A stretch of 63,763 bases of DNA, the filler included, from Reticulomyxa filosa (taxonomy: Eukaryota; Protista; Foraminifera): the NCBI GenBank assembly GCA_000512085.1. It is 28 parts of 28 records of this genome, joined end to end, with 100 filler letters (N's around TTAATTAATTAA, not from the genome) between each part and the next. Parts side by side here need not be neighbours in the genome. Positions count along the whole stretch, not along the records: positions 1 to 1,182 come from ASPP01037685.1; positions 1,283 to 2,629 come from ASPP01007945.1; positions 2,730 to 4,254 come from ASPP01026241.1; positions 4,355 to 5,424 come from ASPP01017164.1; positions 5,525 to 6,816 come from ASPP01023854.1; positions 6,917 to 7,916 come from ASPP01031015.1; positions 8,017 to 9,882 come from ASPP01023423.1; positions 9,983 to 13,990 come from ASPP01000681.1; 20 more parts are not named here. One strand, given 5' to 3'. The notes under the pieces are model-generated. The model saw only the letters and a list, made by a program, of their open reading frames with translations, did not search any database and was not told the DNA's origin. The translations under genes were made by a program, and so were the position numbers. Below, piece after piece: positions 1 through 11,760 of this stretch. Every line of letters begins with the position of its first letter. The stretch's first letter is position 1.

Positions 1-1182
1 ACCTTGGAAATGCTTTCATGAATCTTTGATGTGTCAATATCTGGGGTCACATACACATTATCATAAACACATGTAAAAGAAGGTGGCCGATATTCGACCG
101 AAATATGTGCATTGATGAATTGGAGTGCATAGTGAAAGCAATGCGTGCCAATCTGAGTATTGCTGCATGATTGTAAACACATAACAATTCATTGTCAATT
201 GTGTTTCTTTTCAATACATATCATCCATAACCACTCAAATTCTTCGTGAAACGGATTTATTGTGTCGATTTCTTTTATTCACATTATCTTTTGCCTCCCT
301 CGATAAGTTCACAATTCTTGCACGATTTATTGTCAGTATATTTCTTGATATAATCCATATGTCACGATACCATTGGTCCGCAGTTTTGCTTCTTTCTTTT
401 TCTTTTCTTCTTTACTTAATATAATCTTCCTCCTCTTCCTTTTTCTTTCATTACAAAAATGATCCATGTTCACATTATTTTAGTCAAAACATTTCACAAC
501 AACTGAAAATATGATAAAAAATAACATATACCTTCAAATGAAGCTGCTGTCATGATAAAATATTCAATAATTCCAATTCACGATTCAGACCTTGATTATT
601 CATCCAAGACATAGTCAGCAATGTATACGTGTTAAATGCCAATTCTGCTTTGGACAAATTGTTACTATCTTCACGGCTCACTTGAATAATTTTTTTTATT
701 TATTGTTTCAGTCGATATCCACAGGACTAACGCATCAACTGGGATATTATTCAAAAAGAAAGGCATTCACTATGGTAAATACTTGTCCGAACATACTTCA
801 GTTGATTGACCTTTTTTCTCCATTTGATTGCGAGATTGACCATGTGGAACTTGACTTTCTATAAACACATTTGCGGACATAATGGAATTGAAGACTACTT
901 TGAATAACAATGGTGATGGCAATGATGGAATGGATATTGCATCAATCATGTCCAAGGAAATGGAACAGGATCGAATTGCAAATGTACCAATGGAAATTAG
1001 CGATCCATTGGATGTCGACTCTTGAGATTGCTCCAAACATCATATCGCAATTGACGCATTTGCAATTGGATGCTAATGTGATCTCACAGCCACAAACCGT
1101 CCATTTGTGGAGGGGGGTTGGTTCAAAGAGTGTTTGCATGGAATGATTCCGCCACTTTGCAATGCGACCAACCCATGGCGCT

Positions 1183-1282
1183 NNNNNNNNNNNNNNNNNN
1201 NNNNNNNNNNNNNNNNNNNNNNNNNNTTAATTAATTAANNNNNNNNNNNNNNNNNNNNNNNNNNNNNNNNNNNNNNNNNNNN
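1183..1282. other. Artificial contig-joining linker (first of 27 copies)
   Basis: 44 N + TTAATTAATTAA (stops in all six frames) + 44 N. Identical copies start at 1183, 2630, 4255, 5425, 6817, 7917, 9883, 13991, 15091, 16371, 17598, 18726, 29121, 31640, 33283, 34418, 37500, 41066, 42315, 45267, 46467, 51002, 55370, 57321, 58528, 59846 and 61139. Confidence 0.99.
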
Positions 1283-1406
1283 ATTCGAGCTGTATTATAT
1301 CATTACCACTTTACAAATAGTTTCGTTCTTGTTGTTGTCATTATTGTCATTGTGTTCATTGTTACAAAATATGACTCCTTTTTTTTAAAAAAAAAAAAAA
1401 AACGAG

Positions 1407-1787
1407 ACTTGGAGTGACTCCAAAGTCGACAGCAAATCTTCGATAGATGAAGAGCTGAAACCATATCAATACTGGTGGAGAGAAGCAAAGTCGGATTTTT
1501 TACCGGTATTGAACATGGCAGATGAAAAGACAATACAAGGCATTGAATCTTGGATGCGCAGGAATCAAATGACTTCGCTGCCCATTTACAAGTCTGACAC
1601 AGCCAATTCCTTCATTGGAAGGTTTGTTCAGTCGTTGAGATATTCTTATACTTATCAAATCCATGTTTTCTATGGACCTGTGCTTTTTATTCGTGCGCTT
1701 ATTCTTTTTGCTTTTATACTGAGAGTGCTCTTTAACTCCATTTCTTCCTGTTTCTTTTACGTGACTTCTTCCATTTTCAATACATAG
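1407..1787 (+). CDS. Probable exon of an unknown protein
   Basis: After a T/A-run ending in AG the frame reads TWSDSKVDSKSSIDEELKPYQYWWREAKSDFLPVLNMADEK... and continues into ORF 1509-1787. No family recognised. Confidence 0.35.
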   Translation, partial: TWSDSKVDSKSSIDEELKPYQYWWREAKSDFLPVLNMADEKTIQGIESWMRRNQMTSLPIYKSDTANSFIGRFVQSLRYSYTYQIHVFYGPVLFIRALILFAFILRVLFNSISSCFFYVTSSIFNT

Positions 1788-2180
1788 AGCCTCTCACCCT
1801 TTTTCTTACTGAAACTTGTCCTTGTTGAATTATTTGTAAGATTTGCTGTTGATTTTCTTGCCAAAAGTTCACGCAATTTTTTTCAAAACAAAGCAGGAAA
1901 CGTTTGACCAGTCACACTAATGTGATGCTTGCAATTTAAATTCTTCAAGCACACTAAAATATAAAGAGAAAAAAAAACATATAATAACTTAAAATGGCAA
2001 ACAAAAGCTATTCATAACATTTCATTTTTTGTGCTAACCAGCAAAGTGGAAATGAAACATGAACCTTAATCTGAACGCTAACTTTAGAACTGAAAAAGAA
2101 AACAAGACATGGAAAACAACGTCTTTTTAAAAACAAAATACGGTCTCCCCCGACGAATTGAAAATGAATAATAATTTGCA

Positions 2181-2544
2181 ATGACTTTTCCAATCATCGC
2201 AGCGTTCTTGTGGATATTATCAGTGCTCATTTCATTTGCTCTCACATTGCATGTGTGCATTGTATTGACTTTCCATTTGTATAACCGGTGCGTACTGAAA
2301 AACAGGGAGTCCCATGTCGACAGCGAATTTTTCCGTGCAATGTTTGGATGGTTTTCAGTGTTTTACTGTTGGTTTGGACTGGCGACACTCGCGGCAAATG
2401 GCAACAGTATCGTCCATGCATCGAGTCAAGGGTGTCATTGGATGATGCGTTTGATGGTGATATTGGAATCATTAGTGCAATGGAGTTTGCTTGGATTTTT
2501 GTTGTCCAAAGCTAAAGTCGCACATGTTATTTTAAATAGTGTTG
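2181..2544 (+). CDS. Multi-pass membrane protein, N-terminal exon (orphan 7TM/GPCR-like), partial
   Basis: Three hydrophobic helices, with a Cys at the start of the third (QGCHWMMRL) and a basic stretch after it. Putative GT donor at 2545, then the contig ends. Confidence 0.5.
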
Positions 2545-2729
2545 GTACAAAAAAAAAAGTCACTGCGTCTTACAAAAATTTTTTTTTGTATTGTACGTAT
2601 AATATCCACTAATTTTTTTTTTTTTTTTTNNNNNNNNNNNNNNNNNNNNNNNNNNNNNNNNNNNNNNNNNNNNTTAATTAATTAANNNNNNNNNNNNNNN
2701 NNNNNNNNNNNNNNNNNNNNNNNNNNNNN

Positions 2730-2768
<39 letters not shown>

Positions 2769-2788
2769 TTTTTATTAAAAAACAAAAC

Positions 2789-4178
2789 TTTGTATTTCGC
2801 TCTGGTGTCCAAAGCGGATCCCCAGTATACATTTGGTTTCTTGTACAACACATACGCACAGATTCCTGCACCCATGCCAAAAGACACCAACGCGTAGATC
2901 CATGACGTAGCAATCATCAGACCAAAGCAAAGCACAAACCCCAACAAAGCCGTGTATTTGTTGTAGTAACGAAAAGATGGACGCCACGCGGGCGAATGAC
3001 TAACGCTCATCACAAAACAAGCCAGTGATATGAAGCCGTACGTTCCCAAAAAAAACTGTTACAACAACAGCAACAAACAAACAAAAATAACATTACGCAA
3101 ATACAAAGCTAATTTTTTTTCCCCCTCCCTCTTTCCTTCCTCTTGACAACGTATCAATCATAAAAGTCTCAATGCTTCATGAAAAGTTCATACCACACAC
3201 AAAAAAAAAAAAAAAAACAAAACTTGTGTAATTAAGGGTGCAACAACGTTCAAATCACCGATCAAAACACACATAAGTGAAATGGCGAAACACGTCACTG
3301 CCGAGGCCACCGGGTCACCTTTGTAATTGGTCTTGCCAAACACCTTGAGGACGGGTAGTACATTGTCGTTGGCCACCGACATGAGCACTCTTGGCGCGCA
3401 TAACTGCACACTCAACGCGCTGCTAAGTGTTGCAGCGTAAATGCCCATGTACACCAGTGTCGGCACCGCCGCAATGTCCACCATACACAAGTAATTATGC
3501 AACAAGCCGTCTGGGGTTATTGCACCGGCCGCAGCAATTCCCATTATCAAATACACAAATGAGGTTACAAAGATGCCCGTCAATGTTCCTATTTGGATTT
3601 TTTTTTTAAATTACGAAGTTTTTCCCCTTATGTGCGTCACTATGCGACATACTCAACAAAAAAAGAGAGTGTAAAGCGATACATATACACAAAGATTGCA
3701 ATCATTATACACTTGGTAACAATTCCGGACAGTACCTTTGGGAATGTTTCTTGCAGGATCTTTTAGATCTGCAGCAATGTTTGCTCCTGCCAAGATCTCC
3801 GTGCAAGCAGCTAATTTTCAAAAAATCAAATTGCAGAAAGACATATATCCATTACAAAAACTTTTTTTTGAAAAAAAAAAAAGATGTAAAGGGTGTAACG
3901 GAAAAAAAGCGACAATGACTGCCAAAAATCATAGTGAATACCACCATCCGTATTGTAATGTGGTTTCATATTTTCGCCGAAGTTCCCATTTGTCCAGCCT
4001 TTGATCCCAAGCAATTCTTTTTTGTTGTGATGGGGAAGGAAGCAGCCAATAACGAAAGACAATATCGCCAATACCAATATCACCACTAGCCAGTATTGTA
4101 ACTTGAGGACCCATTCCACGCCCATCAAGGTCCAGACCAACAGGAATATTGATAACAATACCCCATACATGCGAATAT
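2789..4178 (-). CDS. SLC12 cation-chloride cotransporter (NKCC/NCC-like), internal part TM4-TM12
   Basis: Exons 4178-3900, 3810-3736, 3588-3224 and 3055-2789, all GT-AG and in phase. Motifs IRMYG, [79 protein letters not shown]. Confidence 0.95.
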
Positions 4179-4354
4179 CTTTTTTTTTTGATACGTTTTC
4201 GGTTGGTCATTTTTTTTTTTTTTTTGTGTCCTTTTTTTTTTTTTTTAAAAAAAANNNNNNNNNNNNNNNNNNNNNNNNNNNNNNNNNNNNNNNNNNNNTT
4301 AATTAATTAANNNNNNNNNNNNNNNNNNNNNNNNNNNNNNNNNNNNNNNNNNNN

Positions 4355-4392
<38 letters not shown>

Positions 4393-4395
<3 letters not shown>

Positions 4396-5424
4396 GGAAA
4401 TGACAGGACGCAAACACAAACAAAGGGACAACAGAAGGCGGTTGTAATGGGTTTACGGCAATTTGCGGAGGACCATCGCCCTGCGTGGCTGGGCTGCCGC
4501 GTGAACAGATTGCGGAGCAAGCAAATGAAGACGGGCAGGACGCCGTTGAAACAACTGACTGATGTGTACATCAACTACGATGGCGATGACAGCGGCGTGG
4601 AATGGTACAGTGACGAGGAGAAAGAAAAAGAGGAGGAAAAGAACGCCGAGGATATCGACCAGTGGTCGGATGGCAGTGACTGTGATAATGCACGTGGGAC
4701 GAAGCTGCGTGCGGGCATGTTGACGGATGTGGATGACGCAGAGGAAGTGGATATGGAAGACTTGGAGGCGGACATTAAAGACGGGTGGCTGGTCAGTCCT
4801 GACGACCCTGAATTTGGAGATCGCGAGTTTCAGGAAAACATGAAACGCGCTATGGCTGGTGATGTCGCCAACTCTTGTGAGTATCCCTTTTATACAATCA
4901 ATCGTCAAAGAGGAGACTATTATGATGACCCCATTATCATTGATTTCATCCCCTTGTCAATTAATATTACCTCCGATATGCGAAATCGTGATGCCAGTTT
5001 ATTTGTTTGTTTGTTTTTTTTTTTTTTTTTTTGGCCATTCAAATCCGAAACACAATATAGGAATCCACAAGTATCACGAATTGTTGACACAAAAGGCTTA
5101 CTTTCATTTTGAAAAAGGTTAGCTTTTAATTTACTTTTTTTTTTTTTTTCCTCTTTTTTTCGTTCCAATTGCAATTGCAATGCACAAAATGCACAATAAT
5201 AATAATAATAATAATAACAAGACATGGTCGATCATGATCCCGAAAAAGACAATGTCTTAACAACAATTGAGGTGAAAAAAGATGATGAAAAAGAAAAGGA
5301 AAAGGAACAAAATAAAGATGCAGACAAAGGTAAAGATGAAGAAAAAGACGAAGAAAAAGATAAAAATGATGAAAACCAAGAACAAGAGCAAAAAAAAAAG
5401 AGACAGAACCAGAAACTGAAACGG
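4393..5424 (+). CDS. Chromatin assembly factor 1 large subunit (CHAF1A/Cac1/FAS1-like), partial
   Basis: Exons 4393-4996, 5061-5117 and 5222->5424 are in phase. LRQFAEDHRPAWLG, GRTPLKQ..INYDGDDSGVEW, an acidic tract and DGWLVSPDD parallel the CAF1A pattern LQF.E..RPAY.G / R.P / DY..DSD.EW / DGFFV. Confidence 0.7.
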
Positions 5425-5775
5425 NNNNNNNNNNNNNNNNNNNNNNNNNNNNNNNNNNNNNNNNNNNNTTAATTAATTAANNNNNNNNNNNNNNNNNNNN
5501 NNNNNNNNNNNNNNNNNNNNNNNNTTATTTTGTTTGATATTGGGATGGCCCCCTTTGGGTAATGTCGAAAATGAAGTGTTACTGAAATTTTGAGATCTCA
5601 GCACAGAAAATAAAGGATATAAACATGTTAAAAGTTTATGATTTTGAATACGAAGAAAGAGCTTTGAAAGTTCTTTGGTTGTCATCTCTCTGACTGTTAT
5701 GAAATGTTTGTCAAGTCGTATGATAGCAATGAAGAAAAGAAAGAAATTGCCCAAAATACTAGCAATCGAAGAATG

Positions 5776-6185
5776 AAGAATTGCAAGAGTTTTTGTGGCG
5801 CATACAAACTACGCATGCAGCCACGATTGGATCAAATGTAATGCAAGAACAGTCAGATGAAAAAAAAATGTAATTGAACTATGATCACTCAAATATATCC
5901 GTCGCAATGGTTTTGGACATATCCAAGCCTATAAAAAAGATTGTTCATTGAATAGTGATGTTTTATTTTTTTCATGTCAGGAATTGAAGATCTGATGAAG
6001 AAAAAGCTCAGTTTCAAGTTTTTAAAGATTTTCTTTCTTTGAGCTTGTACAAACAAAAACTTTTTTTTTCATAAATCCAAAACAAAAACTATTTTTTAAT
6101 ATGATGGAATTATTGGTTGCAGACTTTTTCATGTGATGCTTATTGGAGACTTTGCATGGACAGCAAATGTACTGTCTCAAAATAT
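5776..6185 (+). repeat. Dispersed decayed repeat, copy 1 (homologous to 8017-8455)
   Basis: Colinear shared blocks such as aaaaaaatgtaat, ctcaaatat, tcgcaatggt, gaagatctgatgaag, caaacaaaaacttttt, ggagactttg.atggacagcaa and ctgtctcaaaa. No long ORF. Confidence 0.8.
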
Positions 6186-6916
6186 TTGCAAATTCATCTT
6201 ATTTGTCATAACAAGAGTTGAACTTGCAGTCATCAATCATGTGCTATTGTCGCAAGTTGTTAAGACTAATACTTGCTTCAATGCAAATAAATTGCCCATC
6301 TCAATTGTCTCCATTCTCTCTTCAACTTTATAGCAATTTATCAAGGTAAGATTTTGTAAATTTGTTCTTCTCTTTCTCTTTTGACTTTGAATAAATTTTT
6401 TTATTTCATATGTTACTTCGATAGAAGGAGAAATTGAATTTAGTAAATTTTCGAATCACAAAAAATTGGAAATATTATTTGTGAAGAATTAAAATTTGAA
6501 CTCCTAGAAAAACGCACAAATCTTACAGTAATGCTTTCACATTAACGAAATATTATTAAATCGATTGATGTGTAGAGAAAAAACTAAGCAATCCGTTAAA
6601 TTGTTTTAATAGCAATATTAATAAAGTTTATTAATGTTTTTTTTTTTGTTATTGCATTTCTAATTGCTATTCCAACAACTTTTTCATTTCTTGGGTTTTG
6701 TTGAGCAATTTTAATCCTTCAAAATCTGATATAGAACTTATTGCTGTTTTTGGATTCAATCATAGCACTTGCAGAAGTGTGTATTCGTTTGGTTTTTCTA
6801 TATTCTCTAACAGAACNNNNNNNNNNNNNNNNNNNNNNNNNNNNNNNNNNNNNNNNNNNNTTAATTAATTAANNNNNNNNNNNNNNNNNNNNNNNNNNNN
6901 NNNNNNNNNNNNNNNN

Positions 6917-7647
6917 TCATCATCATCATCATCATCATCATTGCTATTGTTGTTATTTCCGACGTCATTATTCAAAAATGGCCTGTCTTGTATTTCCTCC
7001 TTTGGAAGATTTTGCAGTTGAAGTGCTGGTAGTCCTTCTGCTGGTCCCATGGAGCCTCCGATCTCTTTGTTTTGATTGCCCAAAGGTCTGTTCAGGTCAC
7101 CCGCTGCCTGGGATACCTCCTCGCTTGCTATACTTGTTTCCATCCTCACACTTGCCGGTAGTGCTATTGCTTCACCGACATAAGGACTTGTTTCTGGTAA
7201 CTCTTCCATTTTTTGTGGTTGTGGTTGTGGCTGTGGCTCTGGCTGTGGCTCTGGCTGTTGTGGCTGTGCTTGTTGTTGTGGCTGTGACTCTGACTCTGAC
7301 TCTGATTCTCGCTCAGGCTGTGGCTGCGGCTCTGGTTGTGGTATTTCTTTTTCTGGTTGATCTATTTGCACATCTTTTAAAGTATCACTTTTTTTTAGCA
7401 AATTTTCTATCGAGTCGTCGTCACTGCTCTCGTTTTCATGTTTTTTGTGTCGATCTTTTGCTTGACCACTAGCCTTGTCTTCCAAAGCAGGTTCCTTGCC
7501 TTTTGGTTCCTTATTTGCTTCTTCCCAGAAGCGTTGCAGAGATTCTTTATGTTCATGCTCTGCCTCTTGATGAGTCGCTGAGCTTTCACGAGACACTCGC
7601 GTATCTTCTTTATCCACTTCTATTGCAGTGCTGGATTCTGACCTCAT
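6917..7647 (-). CDS. Low-complexity acidic Q/P/E-rich protein, 3' truncated
   Basis: Open frame of more than 240 codons with QP/EP and ES repeats and a poly-D run at the contig edge. Confidence 0.6.
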
Positions 7648-8016
7648 TTTTGATGATAATCGTCACTTTCAAGTTCAAAACAAAAATGATTCCTCCTTTA
7701 ATAAAACACAAAAGCCGTTTGCTCTGCTTTTCTTTAGTTCAAGCACACAAAGCAGAAATAAGAAAAATGTTTGCTCTTTTTGCTAACAAAAGAGAAATGA
7801 TTTCGTGATGTGACAGATGATAAAAAGTCACCAATACGATATAAGGGAAAAAACAGGTTTGGAGATAGAAAAACCCAAACCTCAATAATACTTTTTGTGA
7901 AACACATAACCTTTTGNNNNNNNNNNNNNNNNNNNNNNNNNNNNNNNNNNNNNNNNNNNNTTAATTAATTAANNNNNNNNNNNNNNNNNNNNNNNNNNNN
8001 NNNNNNNNNNNNNNNN

Positions 8017-8455
8017 GAAGCACAAGCGTTTTGCAGTATGTGCAAACTGCGCGCACGTGGTTACAGTTTGGTATCAAATGATGTGCAAGAATAGTTGGAT
8101 GGAAAAAAAATGTAATGAATATGGCCGCTCAAATATGTCCTCGCAATGGTATCGGACTTACGCAGCTGACAAAAAAAAGCCGACATAATGGAGACTAGAT
8201 CTCATATTCCTCGCATTTTTTCTCATGCAATGAATCGAAGATCTGATGAAGGAGAAGTTTGGTTTTAAGTTTTTTTTTCTTTTGTTTTTTTGGGCGTGTG
8301 CAAACAAAAACTTTTTATTTTTTTACGTTTATAAAAAAAATTCTTTTTTAATAGGATGAAATATTGATTGCAGAATTCTTCTGCTACTACTTATTGATGA
8401 ATAAAGTTTATAGGAGACTTTGTATGGACAGCAAGGGCACTGTCTCAAAAGATTT
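8017..8455 (+). repeat. Dispersed decayed repeat, copy 2
   Basis: Aligns by eye with 5776-6185. A further shared block agcaatatt.ataaagttt occurs at about 6610 and about 8585. Confidence 0.8.
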
Positions 8456-8978
8456 TGCTTCAAAGTCGGTGGCGATCAATGTAGAATTGCTCCCTTCATG
8501 GCGATAATCGCTCGGTTGGCACCAATTAAAGCAATTGGTGCGTGATAAAAAACACTAAAATCATGAACCAATCAATTTGTTAAAAGCAATATTGATAAAG
8601 TTTTTTCATGTAAATTTATCTTTTTCTAATTGTGCTTGTTGGTTGAAGTTCGTCTCTTGGATTTACGGTTACGTTTGTGTAAATTGGATACAGTAATCCT
8701 TTTATGTATATTGAGTTGTGTTAAAAGTAGTTTCGAAATCTCAATACAACAATGGTATACGCATGAACTATTTATGATCAGATCTTTCCATATAAGAATC
8801 GGAGTATCAAAGAAGAAAATAAAAAAAAAAAGACTTCACAAACTTTTCTATGGTTATAACAAAAGTAAGAGAGGAAAAAGACAAATTAAAAACAACAAAA
8901 AAAAAACCAAAGACTCAATGTACTTATGAACACAGCCCAATCCCGAAAAACAAACTGAGTGTTAAAATCAATATCAAA

Positions 8979-9830
8979 TTAAAGGCCAAGGAAATCTAAC
9001 AGTTGTTTTGGGTCTTGAGTCTGAACGGAATCGGAACAAGTCAGCAAATCTATAGCCAAAAAAGAGTATACGTAAATACACAAAGCAAAATAATAATGAT
9101 TACTGTTGTTTCAATTTAATATGTTGTTGTTGTTTTTTTTTAAAAAAAAAAAAAAAAAAACCTTTTTCGATTGCGTCTTGTTTAGCGAGTGGACTGTCAT
9201 TGTTAGTGGAAACGAGTGGATGTTGAGAAGAGTGATCCGCAGCAGTAATTGGCTCTTGATCTGCGATATGATCGTCACCAGCGTGTTGACTTAATAACTT
9301 TTCGTCGGCCTGGTCATCATCGTCGTTGGGTTTATTGTTGGACGTCGACAGGAGAGGATGTACGTGGATCTTCTCCGAAATGAGGAACGTATGGTCATAA
9401 TAGTAGCCATACTTTAAAGTAGTGTGTACTTCCGCACTTATGGGCGACGGTTTCAAAATCATTTTCCTGGCAGTGGAAATGCATTCGAGTATGTTTTGGA
9501 AGTTTTGTTGTTTTCGATTGTAATGATCATTGTCGTAATGCATTCCCAGCAGCTTCCAGTACGTGTTGCACCGTTCTTTGACAAACGAGTGCGCGTGGAC
9601 CGCAGCACATTGCGTAGCGTGTGTTTCATGTTCATCCGAAGAAGTTGCTTGGTCACACGCAATGCCTATTTTCAGTAATTCCCGAACAAGCTGTCGTGTT
9701 TTGTTGTGTGAAAACTTGAAAAAGTTTCGTTGTTTCAAATAAAGTTTGCATGCCGCCGTCACCATTGCGAGTTGCACCTCACTTTGCTCTGTCGGTTGGA
9801 ACCGAAAGGGTTTGAATTCCGGATCAAAAT
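8979..9830 (-). CDS. Beta-adaptin-like protein (AP complex beta trunk end plus short hinge), 5' truncated
   Basis: EQSEVQLAMVTAACKLYLK..TRQLVRELL..VKERCNTYWKLL parallels beta-adaptin E...VQL.LLTA.VKLFLK..TQ.LV..VL..DLRDR...YWRLL. Exons 9830-9162 and 9049-8979, ending QLLDFLGL*. Confidence 0.65.
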
Positions 9831-9847
9831 CTATAACATTTATATAC

Positions 9848-9878
<31 letters not shown>

Positions 9879-10447
9879 TATANNNNNNNNNNNNNNNNNN
9901 NNNNNNNNNNNNNNNNNNNNNNNNNNTTAATTAATTAANNNNNNNNNNNNNNNNNNNNNNNNNNNNNNNNNNNNNNNNNNNNAATTCCATGGACACACGA
10001 TTATACCTATCATATGATAGATGGTTGTCGTACCTTTGACTGTCCCCAGACCAAAATTATTTTATTATTTCTTTTTAGTAGCGAAATAAAGAATTATAAA
10101 ATAATTTTGTCATAATACAACAGAATAAAAAAGAAACTTGAAAAATGAACATTTAGAGATTAGTGATTTCCTCCGTGAAAAACAATCTTTAATAAAAATT
10201 TTAAAAATATCTACAGTCCTATAGTTTTTATTCTATCTTTTGAAATTTTTTCAAAAATTTCAGTATTCGAATATAAAATTCGAATGTATTGATTATTTTG
10301 ACAAAATTATTATCAAACATTAAAATGCAATAAAATTGGAAAATAGTTGATTTTTTATAAATAAAATTGCAAATGTGGTTGGGCATGTGCTTTTCAGAAA
10401 AAATTTATCTATTGCTTTTAATAAAATGTTTGCCTAATTATTTATAT

Positions 10448-11386
10448 TTAAATGCTTTTAAAGTCAATAAATACAGGATTTCTTCCCAAATGTTTCAGAA
10501 ACTTATGAACAAAATCATCAAAGGCCAAAGTAATAGTTGCAGTGTTGACACAAGGATGAAAATTGAGCAGTTGGAATTCAGTTTTGAACCTCTCGTCCAT
10601 TATGAATTGAACACTATTTGAAACGTCGTTTATTAGGGCCAATGGAGTCACTGCTCCGGCAATGACCCCAAGTTGGCGTTTTAATTCTTCTTCTTTGGCA
10701 AAAGATATTTTACCTTGAAGTTTGTCCTTCAATACTTTTCCCAATTGATTTAGTCGAATGGGTGTATCTTCCACGGCGCTGATCAAGCAAAAATTGTTTT
10801 TTTTGTCTTTGATAAATAAGTTTTTGCAGTGCGCGCCGGACAACAGATTATCATATTTCGATGCTTGTTCACAGGTGTATACTGGTTCATGATTTAAAAC
10901 TTTGTGTTCAATATTTAATTGCTTGAATAAATCATACACACGTTGTGCATGTTGATCATCATTCAATGGAATGCCTTTTATTTGTTTAAATATTTATGTA
11001 TTTAGTCAATTGTTCCTCAGCAATCTTTTTTTTTTGGGTGTTGGCACCTCCTTCAAACTCATACCTTGGAATGTGAATGATGTATCAACATGAGACTTAT
11101 TTTTGACTTCATCTGTGTTACTCTTGTCTGAGTGGCTATCCAACTGTTCCAGCTGCTGTCTTAAATCGTTAATTTCTTTTCTCAATTCCATATTTGAGTT
11201 TTCATATTCCTTTATTTTTGAATCCACAGCCAACACAGCAGATCTTATCTCGTTCAACGTTGTTATTACAACATCTTTGTTGCCGCCTTTTATTGTTGGC
11301 AATGATTCCAACGTTGTAGTCAATGAATGGATTCTTTGTCTCAACTGCTCTTGCCGTTGCAGGAGAACTAAGAAATCGCTTGACAT
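10448..11386 (-). CDS. ProX/PrdX (YbaK-family) aminoacyl-tRNA deacylase with N-terminal coiled coil, 282 aa
   Basis: Exon 1 11386-11065 (donor G|GTATGA) joins exon 2 10974-10448 (acceptor AAAAG|GC) in phase 1. Motifs H.PVYTCEQA, GAHCKNLFIKDKK, LGVIAGAVTPLALIND, LNFHPCVNTAT. Confidence 0.9.
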
Positions 11387-11760
11387 CGTACAAATTTTTT
11401 TTTGAAACGAATACTTTTACCCTTTTTCAAGGCAGTGGCCGATTGCCAATTGAATTATTAATTTAATTTGCATTTACTGTTTCCAAAATAGATCCCAACG
11501 ATCTTGTTGGATTTACAACACTTCGACCAAGTCAAAAAGACCTGCTGATGCAAAGAATGAAATCTTCGTTTTTTGAGAAAGAGCCCAGTTAACGAGATGA
11601 ACAAATAACTTCATTGTAATTAAGCTTATGATTTATTAAGACAAAAGCAAACAGTGGGCGTGAAAATAACAAAAAAGATTTCATAAAAGTACAAATAATA
11701 AAAAAAAAGGCTTGCAATTCCTGACCAAATATGGAAATAATAAAGCGTAAATTTTTTGAA

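Noticed and set aside
1-1182. Short ORFs in the first contig
   Set aside because: Frequent stops and no recognisable motif. Possibly decayed coding DNA but unassignable.
6978-7472. 164-aa hydrophobic plus-strand ORF
   Set aside because: Antisense shadow of the Q/P/E-rich coding frame.
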